The position numbers were made by a program, and so were the translations under genes. DNA of 64,000 nt from Neoconidiobolus thromboides FSU 785 (lineage: Eukaryota; Fungi; Entomophthoromycota): assembly GCA_025603075.1 (NCBI GenBank), contig MU626328.1, positions 1 through 64,000 of the forward strand. Direction: 5' to 3'. This document shows, piece after piece, positions 24,750-37,104 of this stretch. Numbering within the stretch: the first letter of the stretch is position 1; every line of letters begins with the position of its first letter. The notes under the pieces are model-generated. The model did no database searches. It worked only from the letters and a program-made list of their open reading frames with translations, and was not told the DNA's origin.

Positions 24750-26277
24750 TTAAGTAGAAGGATATGACCTGACCTTTGAAAAATAAAAGGGTTTAAATTG
24801 TTTCAATGAATAAGTGGTCAAATCCGAATAAAACAAGGAGGAATATTCGATCCAATTTAACTTATTATGTTTCCCACGAGATGTTGATTTCAGTTCCAAA
24901 TTAAGCATAAATTCCATATTAGGACGATGCCTACCAGTGACCTGAGCATCTATTCCTTGTTTTGTTAGCTGAAAATTTCCATAAAATAAGTCCTCATAAC
25001 AAGATTCTTTCTTCATATTTGGTACCACTTGGCTGGGCTCATCCGTAGTTAATCTCTTGATACAAGTGCCATCTGGAAAGAATCTAAGGTATCTATAATA
25101 AGTAACCATATGAATTGGACGATTAAAACTAGATTCTGATATCCCTTGTCTTATATAATAACAAGTAGAAATATAGATGCCATCAAATCGTATTCTTGGA
25201 TATTCAATTAAAAAGAAACGCCATTGATTTTTAAAGTGTTGTTGAACGTATTGCTCCACTGGTATCAGCTCATTCTTCATAAAATCAATGTATAGTTGAG
25301 TATTTGGATTGTAGAGCTTTTTACTATATTCATACCAGAGATATTTGTCTCGGCTTAAAAATAAGCCCTTAATACATGTGGATGAGAAACTTCCTATACT
25401 ATGTAAATCTTTACTCATAGCCATCCCCAATATTTTGGTTAAAATAGGATCTGGTAGTGTACTCAAACAGTGTTCTACGGTAGGATCTGCAGGTTTAAAT
25501 AAAATTGGTCGATGTTCATTATCTTTATTTCCTTGCTTTTCCTGAGTTAGGGTTAGCCTATCAGTATTTTCAACTAACCCTTCCACCCCCTCTTTTTTTT
25601 TTGCATTTTTTAAAATGTTTTTAATCTCATGATACATTGGATCCAATTTCTTCCAATCAATTTTGCTTTTACTATTTTCTTTCGTCATTTGTGTACTAGA
25701 CACATAATCTGAAGTCATATGGATCTTCTTAATGAATTCAAAGTCTTCCGTGGCACCACTAAAAGGGGAAATTTGATTACCATCCATCCGTTCTTTTTCT
25801 TTAGTACTTAAACTTTGGTAATAGGTTCTATAGCTCAAATCAACATCTGGATCAATTTTAAACGCTTTCCTATAATAATTTAACGCTTTTTTGATTAATT
25901 AATGGTGTTTTTTAGATATAAATATTATCTTTACCCTCCCCAAGCTTTCCTTGTTTCTCCATAATAATCGCTTCTTTATACACTTTTAAACCTAATCCAT
26001 GCCTTTCTGTAACACTTAATTTTGTCCAATCTTTTAATAAATCACTATCTATCAATTCTTCTCCACTAACTTGTTTTAAGTTGTTTATTTCACTATAGTA
26101 ACTACCTTCCCCTTTTTTGATCCCCTCGTTTAACATCTTAGAACTACCAACTTGATCCGCATTGCCCTCGCCTTCATTAGAATCCTCACTATGTTGCTTC
26201 TTTAATTTTACTTCCTGTAACCATTTATTTCTAAATTCTTCCAAGTCTTTATCTAAATTATTATCTTGAGAAGCCAT
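24750..26277 (-). CDS. HRT3: F-box protein HRT3/FBXO9-like (one intron ~25880-25930)
   Basis: LEEFRNKWLQEV N-terminus, TPR-like YKEAIIMEKQG, F-box LSTLPDPILTKIL, RIRFDGIYIS...Y.RQG, VTYYRYLRFFPDG. Confidence 0.85.
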
Positions 26278-26780
26278 TGTAATAATCCAAGTATAAAAAG
26301 AATTTTTTAACGTAGGGACGCTTTTTATTGTGACTGTTGAGAACTGCGAATATTTTAAAAGTTGAGGATCAATCAATTAGCTTTTTTCCGGGTAATTTAG
26401 AATCGTCAGAAAAGAATTAAAGTTACGCCTATTTTCGTAAGAATTGATATTAGTAATCCAATTTTTGCTTAAATAAGTTTTATACCTTATTTAAAGTGAG
26501 TTATTTGGACATAAGAATAGTATTATCAATAATAAACTTGATTTGTTTTTGGGATTTTATTACATGTCAGTAATATGAAGAGTTGGGCATATTTTTGCTT
26601 AAATTATTGAGTAAAAATTAGCTATTTTATGCTTATAAAGTGAGCAAATAGTTCAAAGGAAAACGAAAGCACACTCCGATTTTTAATTTCATTACTAAAA
26701 TAAAATTTTAAACAAGTGTAAGATGAAATTAATTTGAAAATTGAATTCCTTTTTTAATTTTTAAAATATAGTTGAAAAAA

Positions 26781-27399
26781 ATGTTAGGGTTAAATAAAGG
26801 TAAATAAAACAGATAATCACTATCATAGAATCATTTAACGTAGTCTATTTATTATATTAGTCTCTCACTTAAGACCAATTTCATTCAATGTTAGTAAAAT
26901 TACTCAACGATACTTTCACCAAAGTATACTTGCCAGAGAAGAAGTTAAAAGTTTAATTCTCAAAGCCAATGACTACAAAAGTTTTAAAGAAATATTAAAG
27001 ACATCGGATAAACCAGTCATCGTTGATTTTTATGCTTCGTAAGGATTTTATCGATTCAAAAAAAGTAATACATTTAATTTTGATTTTGATTTCATTAGTT
27101 GGTGTGGACCATGTAAATTGCTTACACCAAAATTAGAAGAAGCTATTAATCAATATAATCAATTTCAATTGGTTAAAGTTAATATTGATCAAGTTTCGGA
27201 GGCTGCTGTTGAATATAAAGTAATTGTTTTATTTTTTTAGATAGAATTGTATGGTGCATTTATTAATTAATTTAAGGTATCTTCAGTACCGACAGTAGTT
27301 GCTTTTAATAAAGGAGAAACAGTGGATAGTTTTATTGGATTCCAAAACACACCAGGCATTTTAAAGTTTTTTGATGCGGTCAAAGGAAAGATTGAATAA
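26781..27399 (+). CDS. TRX3: Mitochondrial thioredoxin (4 exons; not in ORF track)
   Basis: Spliced reading MLGLNKVSHLRPISFNVSKITQRYFHQSIL (presequence-like)...VIVDFYASWCGPCKLL...VPTVVAFNKGETVDSFIG...KIE*; introns 26800-26860, 27039-27098, 27221-27278. Confidence 0.9.
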
Positions 27400-27899
27400 G
27401 ATAAAATTGAAATTCAGAAAGTATAGATTTACTATATTACATTAATACTTTATTATTTTTATAATCAATTTATTTCGTTTTAAAGAGAGTTTAATAATTT
27501 AAGTAATAAAGCTATTTAATTTTTTATTAAATGTAGAAGATAACGAATTTATATAAATTATACAATAAATTTTATCAGTATTTAAAATAATAGACAAGCC
27601 TATTATGCTTTTCTATTCAATCCTATTTTTTTATCAGTTGAATGAATTTGACCAAGTTACCAATTTCTTAAAATTCAATATTTGATCCGTTATTTAACAT
27701 CTATGTCCCATCTCTTCCTTATTTTATCAAAATAAGCTTATGAAAGTGAATCATTAAATGAAATTAATCTGCTGTCAACTCTTTCTTTTTATTAAAAATT
27801 CAAATCTAATAAATTTAAAATATTGAAATAAAATCAAAATATAATAAAATACAAAACAGTGATCATGAAACTTATTGATGACATAAACCTAAAAAATAG

Positions 27900-28420
27900 T
27901 AGTTTTTGAACAAAGCAATTTTAATGATATTAATATAACTGACCACAGTTCCTTTGATTCAAATAAACATGATAGTACAGATCCCTATGACTTAGTTTCA
28001 AGACCAAATGATATTCAAGCCTTCGAGAATCCCTTAAAGTCAATCAATAGGATACTCATAGTTATATTCAACTCACCATAACCAATCAATAAAATAATTG
28101 AACAAATAAAGTACTTAGTTTAATTTGATTTTTTAAATGATGCCACCAAACCAATACACTTACATCAATTGGAAAATCAACTGCTCAAGACAGCGATACC
28201 TTTCACCTTGTTACTGTTGATAATAATCAAGTTTCTGAAGTTGTCAAGGAATATAATGTAAGTTATCGATTTTATGATATAAATTTCAGCTAATTGTCAA
28301 TGATTTAATTTAAAGTATTAACAATGATAGTAATGGTTTTTAATGAAGGTGAGAGAGTAGGTAGAATTATTGGAGAAGCAACTAGGCTACATTTTTATCA
28401 TCTTTTTACAAATATTTGAT
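27900..28420 (+). pseudogene. Thioredoxin pseudogene (copy 2)
   Basis: RPNDIQAFENPLKSINRILIVIFNSP*, *CHQTN...FHLVTVDNNQVSEVVKEYN|gtaagt, VMVFNEGERVGRIIG; same exon order as the intact gene; active site destroyed. Confidence 0.7.
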
Positions 28421-29661
28421 AGCATCAGAAAAGAGAAAGCTTCAAATGAATAAGCGACATTATATTATTATAACACATTAGTATTTTTACTTTAATTAGT
28501 TATATTATTTTGTAAAGGAATTTATTTTATATAATATATAATGCTAATAACTTTGAGTTTATGTTAAAAATTTATTAGTACTTTATTATATAAAATAAAA
28601 AGATAAAATTATTATGGTCAAGATATTAGATATATTTAAGATAACTAAAATCATAAATGCCCTTTTCCGATTTGATTGATAAAATTATGAAGTTTATATG
28701 AATTATTTGAAACTAAATAAGAGGTTGATTATTTACATGTCATTTATTCTTATACCATTTACAATAAAAACAAAAAACAAAAAATTTTTAACCAAGTATG
28801 TGCATAGAACTTTAAAGTTCCTATCTTAATATTTCATATACTGAGTCAATATGGCTTCAATAACAATAGGCTTCAATCGTTATTTATTTTATTTTGTTTG
28901 TATCATTTATTTCTAGATTGGAACAACAGCTTAAAAATATTTAAAAGGGATTTCTTCTATCTACTATATTCAATTTAACAATATTGAAAACTTTGCATTT
29001 GATGTTACTCAAAACATATATATATGAAACAGATGCTTACTTCGTTAATTCAAATTAATAGTAAGAGTAAATCAGAGTAAAAACAAGCCTATTTATCATT
29101 AATTTAATATGCCTAAACTATAGAAAATTCTATAAGTCAGACTATTAAATTTCTCTAATTTGATATTCATTATGCTAGATAATAATTATTATATTACTAG
29201 GTTTAAAGTAATTTGGAGGTTAATAAAATAAATCAATGCTATATTAATACCTTATTCACCAAAAAACTATATAAAAATAGACTATTAAGTGAATTTAGCT
29301 TAAAGATTAGTCAGTTAAAGCTTTAAAAATTTAATTAAGTTGCAAATACGATAAGATTAACTAAAAGTATAATAAATTAAATAATGAGCCATAATATAGA
29401 TATCAATATAAGTGTAAAAATAGGATACTTTCAATCAAAGCCAAGCCTATATAACGTCAGTAAACCCACTCACTATTACCTTCATCAAAGTATAATCAAT
29501 AGAGAAAAATTTGAAAACTGCCCATGGATGTAAGGTAAACTTTTGTCTTTAATATCATCCTATTTGAATGTTAATAACTAATCTCAAGATAGCTTCAGTA
29601 CCAATAATATCTTCTAGCAATCGAAGACAAGTGTATAGTCTTAGTGGGGCTTTATTTACAA

Positions 29662-29763
29662 ATGGGGATGTATTTTTGTGTTTAAGAATTTTACTAACAA
29701 ATTTCCCATTCAATAACGGCTAAAAGATGGAAAAAGTGATAAAGTTAAAAAAACACTCCCATA
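29662..29763 (+). mobile_element. ~105-bp MITE-like element
   Basis: ATGGGGATGTATTTTTGTGTTTAAG...AAAAAAACACTCCCATA. Confidence 0.85.
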
Positions 29764-29799
29764 CGTTAACACATTTAGTACTTTTAATAATTTTCAAGC

Positions 29800-30500
29800 T
29801 AAAAAAATCAATTTTAATTAATATATCGAATAAGTCTAAAAACATGATCAAGGCATGCAATCTAATTTATCAACATATCAAATAAGATATAAAATTGATC
29901 AGTTTCGTTAGTTGAGATCTAAGGTCCATTTATTAAAAGACAAAATTTACTGCCTTTTTGAACTAATTCTATCAAGTTTATATAAGCTATTCTTGAGTCA
30001 TAAACATATTGCAAATTGCATGTAAAGATAGATGGAATATTAATCAAAGCAGCCTGTTGTATAAAAGTAATAAAGCCTTCAAAATATTTCGCCTTTTATG
30101 AAAATATAAGACCTTTTTTTATTTCATCAACACTACATCTGTAATAATATATTTCATTTATTTGTGTCAGTTGTTCCCAAGTTATAAGCCCTACATTTAA
30201 TAGCATTTTTATTTATATAATATTTGAGGTAAAAACTAGTCTCATTGATTTAGATGAATAGTAAGGGCGAATTGTAGTGAAAGTAAGATGACTTTTCATA
30301 AATCTAATGCGACTAGACAATATTGGATAACTTGCCAAATCAGGCTATGTAATTGAAATCATGTGAGATTGGGAATATTGTCAAAATTATTATGCTATTG
30401 TTACTATTGAATACACGGAAAGTAATAGCAGGAGATGAAAGCTATATTTATAATCTTAATCTCATCAAAAAAGACCTATAAAATTAAATATTAGATATAA
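29800..30500 (-). pseudogene. Degraded coding remnant, hydrophobic, unknown family
   Basis: Long minus frame with sparse stops (LIWQVIQYCLVALDL*KVILLSLQF...MLLNVGLITWEQLTQINEIYYYRCSVDEIKKGLIFS*KAKYFEGFITFIQQ...). Confidence 0.25.
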
Positions 30501-30559
30501 CCAACTTGAATATAAATCAACTACCCTTTTTAAGAGTTCCCAATTCGATAAGCATAGAA

Positions 30560-31182
30560 ATGTCTAGATTAAATAAGGATAAAAGAAAATAAATTATAAA
30601 CATGAGTATGAGTCTTTAACGTAAAATATAAAAAAAATAATCGCCTCCCACTTGAAATTAGCCTCATTCAATGTTAGCAAACCTACTCTGTGTTATCTCC
30701 ACACAGATACATTTAATAGCGGAAAATATGATAATTGTGTTATTAGAGTATCTAGCTATGAAAACTTCAAAGATCCCTTAAAGGCATACAATAAGGAAGT
30801 TTAGTTAATTTTGAATCCGGATAGGAAATCAATATAGCTAAAACCAAAAACCAAATTCTAACTAAACCATTAAATTCATTAGATGCAATGAAATACTAAA
30901 ACTAGTTTCATCTATGTTGTATTTTGCTATCAAAGAAAGTGGCAACTTTAAGCTTATTATAAATAACATTAATCTCATCCATAAGGCTATCATTAAGTAT
31001 AAAGTAAGCTTTTCTTTTATTGTATTTTTTTTATTTAAGTGCTAATTTATGAATTAAGATAACTTTAGTACTGATGATAGTAGCTTTTGAAAATGAAGAA
31101 TGGGTGCAAATTTTTATAGAGCTTGATTCAAAAAAGAATTTGCAAGGTTTTTTTTGGAGAGATTACATGAAAGATTGAATAA
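30560..31182 (+). pseudogene. Thioredoxin pseudogene (copy 3)
   Basis: ATGTCTAGATTAAATAAGG matches exon 1 with the donor mutated to AT; SHLKLASFNVSK...YENFKDPLK; RCNEILKL...FKLIINNINLIHKAIIKYK|gtaag; IVAFENEEWVQIFI; ends aagattgaataa as in the intact gene. Confidence 0.8.
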
Positions 31183-31344
31183 ATAATCTTCAAATATTAA
31201 GGGTAGATTATTATTTGTGATGGTATTTTATTTTAATTAATTTAGTACTTTATTTGATAAAATGATTAAATTATTTTAGAATACACAGGAAATCAATTCC
31301 TGTATAATTTATAACATATACAAGCACTTGTAGTAAAGAATAAG

Positions 31345-31452
31345 ATATGGGAGTGTTTTTTTTTGACTTCATTATTTTTTCCATTTTTTAAGCGCTATTT
31401 AAGCAGAAAATTTGTTATTAAAATTCTTAAACACAAAAATACATCCCCATAT
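31345..31452 (-). mobile_element. ~105-bp MITE-like element
   Basis: ATATGGGAGTG...AAAAATACATCCCCATAT, close to consensus. Confidence 0.9.
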
Positions 31453-32026
31453 CACATTTGCTTTAATGTCTTTCTGTTATTCTTCAAATGAAATTTAAAA
31501 GATAAAACCTCTTGTCTTCAAGTTGATTTATTTATGATTTACTTATACAAAGGTGTTATGGCGAAATTAAGATATCAAATTTTCGATTTTAAAAATTCAT
31601 TTGATAGTCATTCATTAAGAATGGGATATGGGTAGATGGTTTGATTTGTACTATTTGTCACCAAATAGTATAAACACTCACCCTTTCTATCTCTAAACAA
31701 ACAACTTTTAAGTGAGAAGAAACAATGGTTTTAATATGTTTTACCTATAAACCTCATGAGAATGATTTAATCATTTAATGAGGATGATAATTGTGAACTC
31801 AAGTATATTACAAAAAAATTCACTCATAGTTTAAACAAAGAAATAATAAATAATACTATAAAAGTTTATAACCTAAACTGCAAAGGTGTTGATTTATTTA
31901 TTTCAATAATTGTTGATAAACAATCTTTTGAGAATAATTAATTTAAAGTAATATATATAAAGTGGTATACAGGTAAAATATTGAGATTTAGATGACATTT
32001 AGAATATCAGATGGTTTTTGTGAAGT

Positions 32027-32131
32027 ATATGGGGATGTATTTTTATGTTTAAGAATTTTAATAACAAATTTTCTGCTTAAATAGCGCTTAAAAAATGGAA
32101 AAAATAATGAGTCAAAAAAACACTCCCATAT
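32027..32131 (+). mobile_element. ~105-bp MITE-like element
   Basis: ATATGGGGATGTATTTTTATG...AAAAAAACACTCCCATAT. Confidence 0.9.
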
Positions 32132-32216
32132 GTTTTTAAAAATGGTTTTAATAGACCATTTAATGATGAATATGATAAAGAAAAATCACACTGGACAGGG
32201 GAATATAGATGATTGG

Positions 32217-32316
32217 ATGGGGGTGTTTTTTTGGCTTGATCACTTTTTCCATTTTTTAAGCGCTATTTGAGTGGGAAAAACTATCAGCAAAATTCTTAAA
32301 CATAAAAATACATCCC
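32217..32316 (-). mobile_element. ~105-bp MITE-like element
   Basis: ATGGGGGTGTTTTTTTGGCTT...AAAAATACATCCC. Confidence 0.85.
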
Positions 32317-32545
32317 TGGATACTAATAAGAGATAGGCTATAAAGAAATACAAAATGTAAAAATACTGAATTAGTTGGTTTTCCAGTCTTTACATAGCCT
32401 CCCTTCTCCTTTGCCTTTTCCTACGCATACGCACATTCTACTTATCGTTCAGCCTTTTTATATTTTTACTTACCTTCAATAATAAATTAAATTACTTGAG
32501 AGCTTATCCTTTTCAAGTTTTAAAATAATATAAAAAAGTAGGATA

Positions 32546-33120
32546 TTGGAATATCCAAAAGTTAGTCCTGAATTAAGCAGCCTCAATAGCAATACCATTA
32601 CTGATAACAGTCACTTAGATATGAATAAATACAATAATTTAGATCTTGATTATATAGCTGCAAGGGTAAATGGTTATCAAAACATCAGCAATGCCTTAAA
32701 TTTATTAGATAGATTAGTTATTTCTATGTTCATACTTATGTTTATTTAAGAGGGAGTTACTAGAGATAATAGAGTGTTTTGATTTGTTACAGCTCATATC
32801 TGGGAATGTTTTTTTAGGCTTCATTATTTTTTCTATCGTTTAAGTGCCATTTGAGTCGAAAAATTGTCGTAGAATTCTTAAATACAAAAATACATTCTCA
32901 TATATCAAATCTCTGAGTCTCCTAAGAAATATATGGCGAGTATTTGTCTTTGGGATAATTGCGTTTGGGTATGAATGAACTAACTCAAGACTTCAATAAT
33001 GGCGACTATAGCTTTTAATAAAGGAGAGCTGATGGGTAGATTTCTCGGAGTTTAAACTGCACTCGAAAGCGAAGTTTCTTATCGAAATATTATCAAAAAT
33101 ATTAAAAGGGATAAAAGTTA
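32546..33120 (+). pseudogene. Thioredoxin pseudogene (copy 4), interrupted by a MITE
   Basis: ARVNGYQNISNALNLLDRLVISMF aligns with LKANDYKSFKEILKTSDKPVIVDF; last-exon remnant ATIAFNKGELMGRFLGV* at ~32990-33060. Confidence 0.6.
32800..32902 (-). mobile_element. ~105-bp MITE-like element
   Basis: TGGGAATGTTTTTTTAGGCTTC...AAAAATACATTCTCATAT. Confidence 0.8.
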
Positions 33121-33249
33121 AAAGTAAAAATATATCTTTACATTTATATGTTATTTTTTTACTACTTTTTAAAGTTACTTTATTTCGTAGTTCAGTGAAT
33201 TTTAAATGATACTTATAAATTGAACAATATAAAAGTTTAGTTTTGTAAT

Positions 33250-34891
33250 TTAATTTTTAATAATGTCTAACATCTTCTCTATATTAGTTACTTTTTCTCT
33301 AGGTTTCCCATCTTTATTTCCTACTTTAACTTCATACTCGTCCAATTTTTTCCAATCTTTATAATTTGTTGGATTAAGCCCCATCTGCTTCAATTCTTCA
33401 TATTGAATTCCATCCTTGTATTTATCTATATGTTTATCATCATAATCTTGGTGAATCATTTCTGCTGTTTCAAACGCATTCATCATTGTTGTTGCTATCA
33501 CACCTACTGGTCCTGATTTTAACCATCCAGAAACATATATATTATCAATCTAGATAACGTTGTATTAATAAAAAAATATTAGCATACCATTATTGTAGTT
33601 TACCTCATTATCTTTATCAATAACACAACCCTGTTTGTTAGGAATTATAAACTTATCAAAATCAAAAGGTACATTATTTATTGGATTGGATTTGTAACCA
33701 ATTGAACGGAAAGCCAAGCCAGCATTCTCAACTGTTTCTTCTCCAGTTGGAACTGCCCTTGGTTTTTCACCTTCAAGTTTATTTAAACCAAATTTAATAC
33801 CTTGTAACTCAATATTTTCATTATTTGTAATAAATTGTAAAGGGCTACGTAAAAATTGAAATTCACATATCTTGTTTGCTGGGTTAATTGATGAATAGTC
33901 ACTTTTGCTTTGTTGCACTCCTTTTTCTATTAAACTCATCAATCTTTTAGATGCTCTATTTTTACTTAGATATTTAGCATTATTATTAATTTCATTTTTT
34001 AATAAAGTTTCATCAAGGCGTGTTTCTACTCCTTTTAAAGAAATCATCTCTCTAAATTCTTTTGACGTAAATGAAACCTAACTTATTAGTATACTACTAG
34101 CTTTCATTTACTAAATACTTACTTGTAAGGGTCCTCTCCTGCCCACGATTTTAACATGTTTAATTTTAGATCTCTGTAACTCTTCAACTGCATGCTGTGC
34201 AATATCTGTTTTTCTCAATTCATCCAAAGGTGCAAGTAATATCCTAGCAATATCCAACGCAACATTACCTTGTCCTAGCACAATGGCCGTATCTGTTTTA
34301 TCCAAGTTTGGCTTTAAACTACTATATTGTGGGTCTCCGTTATACCATCCAACAAAGGAACGAGCAGATAAAACAGAGCTACTTTCTTCTCCTGGTAATC
34401 CAAATGTTTTATCATTGTTGGCTCCTGTGGCCAATACAACTACATTGTAGTTCGATTGTAACTGCTCGATTTTAATATCTTTATCAAGTTCAATGTTACC
34501 GTATAAATTGACATTTTCTTGCTGTAAAACTTGTTCGAATTTGTTTTGACATACCTAATTAATTTCATTAAGTGGAAATAAAATAAAGCTACAATAAGTT
34601 TACTTTAACTTCTGGATGGTCTGGAGCTACCCCATACCTCACTAATCCATATGGAGTTGGGTATTTATCATATATATGGATTTTTATACGGGTTGTATCA
34701 TTGTTGTATAACTTCAATAATCGATAGGCGGTATAAAAGCCAGCTGGTCCAGCTCCTACTACAGCTACAGATAATGGAGTTTCAGCTGATGTGGTTGAAT
34801 AAAACTTTAATAAGTTGCTATTTAATTTGTTTATTGACTTGGCATTTAGTTTTGAACCTAAACTTTGGAATTTAATGGCGTTAATAAGCAT
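33250..34891 (-). CDS. ARH1: Mitochondrial NADPH:adrenodoxin oxidoreductase (multi-exon)
   Basis: VVGAGPAGFYTA, PYGLVRYGVAPDHPEVK, FVGWYNG, GQGNVALDIARIL, GRRGPLQ, RSIGY, KPREK. Confidence 0.93.
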
Positions 34892-35054
34892 CGAATAATG
34901 AGATCTAAAAATATTGAAATATCTTTTTTAGTTGATTTTATTTTCGAGTTTAGAATTTGAATAAATCATTAGTTGGATTAATAATCAAAAACAAACATAC
35001 TATATAAAGAAAATAAAAACTATTCTTTATCTGTTATTTTTTAAGTTCAAAATC

Positions 35055-35426
35055 ATGATCAAACAAAAATACAGCTGCGAACTTTGCCCTACAGTAAAAC
35101 TCCTAAGTTTAAAGGCATACAACATTCATCTCACATCCAAAAAACATAAACTAAGAAAAAAAAGCAATGAGGTGAACATGAGCTGCACTTTATGTGATAA
35201 AAAAATGGATTATTTTCATGACTGGGTAAACATTTACTTATTTGATCAAAGGTCATACTTTATAATTAACCGATTCTATCCTTAGATGCTTCACTTCCAA
35301 AGCAATCAACATTTAGTGAGACTAAAAAAAGAGAGGGAGAAACAGAGAGAGTTTAGGCCTATCTATGGCGATAGAGAATTAGTATTTTTGAACAAATTTA
35401 AAGATTTTTCATTTCGGGGGATTTAA
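35055..35426 (+). CDS. Small protein with two U1/matrin-type C2H2 zinc fingers (intron 35226-35285)
   Basis: CELC...HLTSKKH and CTLC...DW|MLHFQSNQH after splicing; stop at 35424-35426. Confidence 0.7.
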
Positions 35427-36769
35427 TAAATCCCGAAGGAAAAATTAAATCTTTGCTGTAGTTTTTAAAACTTAAAAGCGTTAATAATGTCCACTTTGTA
35501 GTTATATATGGATACTTTATAAGTGGTTGTTTAAATAGAATTTATCAATAGTAAATAGCATCCACATATCAATAACTCCGCAAATAGTTTATTGCTCAAA
35601 ATCCCATAATATGAAAAAATCCAATATTAAAGTTCAACGTTTTGTAACTCCTATATTAATTATCACTATTATTTATTATAATGCCTTACTAGCCGACTAT
35701 AAAAATTTAAACATCGAGGTATTATTTTTTCTTATAACTATAGATTCAATCTCTATGATGCTTTCAAAAATAAATGTTAGACTACAGAATGAGCCTCAAG
35801 AACTCGTATATGTTGTTAAATTTTCACTGAGATTTTAGCTATTGATATTTATTATCACAGTATTTTATTATTTTATTAACATATTTTAGTTTAGAGTGGT
35901 GGTTTCCAATATAACAGTCTCTAATTCTAAAACTTAAATTGGAATTTCAAGATTTAGACTCAAGAGCTGCTTCTCTTCTCAGAAATTGATCTTATAAACG
36001 TAAGCCTTTTAAAAATAAAAGGTGAGAGACAGAAAATTAATGAAATAAATTTTGCGTCTGCGATCACGTTTAAATAAGACATCTCTAAATTTGTGCATTT
36101 TTGCATGTCATTTGATTTAGCCTGATTTGTCGTTGTGGGAATTTGCTTAGCAGTTTCCATAAATGGATTTCACTATTAGCAACTTTTTAAGAAAGTGTTT
36201 ATTTTTATTTGTAAATAAATTTTATTATTTGTAATAATCTTTTTATGTATTTGAATTTAAATGTATTTATAATAGCCTAACTTTTTTTTGTTAAAGTAAG
36301 CTTGTTAGTTATGTTACTTTTAGCAGCAAAAGATTTTAAATGTAATTATTGTTTAGTACTATTAAAATTAAGTGACTGATAAACATCTAAAATAATAGCA
36401 AAAAGTACTCAAATGGTATTATGGTTAGCTTCATGGCCTTCTTTTTAAAATACACTTTACAGAAGTGTAGTTTAGTTTTAAAACTAGATCAAGGTTTCAA
36501 TAAATTAATGATTCAATAAAATAATTGTACCACTTGTTGGTAATAGAAACAAGAACTTTTGTAACGCCAAAGAACAGCTTAGGTTACTTTGAAACGGTAA
36601 AACAACTAGTACTATTCTATCTAATGTAATGGGATTTCAAGTATTCTACCTAAATCAATTACCCGATATAATTTATTTCTAGAAAGCATTGGCTATTATT
36701 AAGTGGCGAAATGATATAGTAACCCTTCTGTGTATTTAATATTATAAAAACATACATCTGGATTCACTA

Positions 36770-36863
36770 TTTGGGGGTGTTTCTTTTGTTTCCCCACTTT
36801 TTAAGCGCTATTTGAGCGGAAAATTTGTTAGTAAAACTCTTAAACACAAAAATACATCCCCAT
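36770..36863 (-). mobile_element. MITE-like element with small internal deletion
   Basis: TTGGGGGTGTTTCTTTTG...TTAAGCGCTATTTGAGCGGAAAATTTG...AAAAATACATCCCCAT. Confidence 0.85.
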
Positions 36864-37104
36864 TCAATGTATTTTATTCTAGAGAAGTATGACCTTCTCC
36901 CGCAGTTTTGGTAGCTTAATGTAGTTTTATGTCAATTTTGCTTTTAGCTTGATCCTAATAAAATTTATTGGTTCTTTTATATTGCAGCAAACTAATTGCA
37001 TTTATTTACCTAACAGCATATTTGGATTGTAGCTACAAAAATACAACCATAAATATGTAGGAAAAAGAATTAACTCTTTACTCTTTTTTATTGAACTTCT
37101 TTAA

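Noticed and set aside
26640-26680. gcacactccgat as a MITE end; also 52221..52240
   Set aside because: Only a terminal word matches, so these were not counted as copies.
28138-28160. TGA next to Cys in thioredoxin copy 2 as selenocysteine
   Set aside because: The TGA is at the Trp position of WCGPC, other stops are present, and no SECIS was found.
35960-36160. 66-aa minus ORF, plus 35611..35838, 7985..8167, 51285..51530 and 61794..62060
   Set aside because: Short AT-rich ORFs without homology cues; 61794..62060 is a wrong-frame overlap of PRE9 exon 1.
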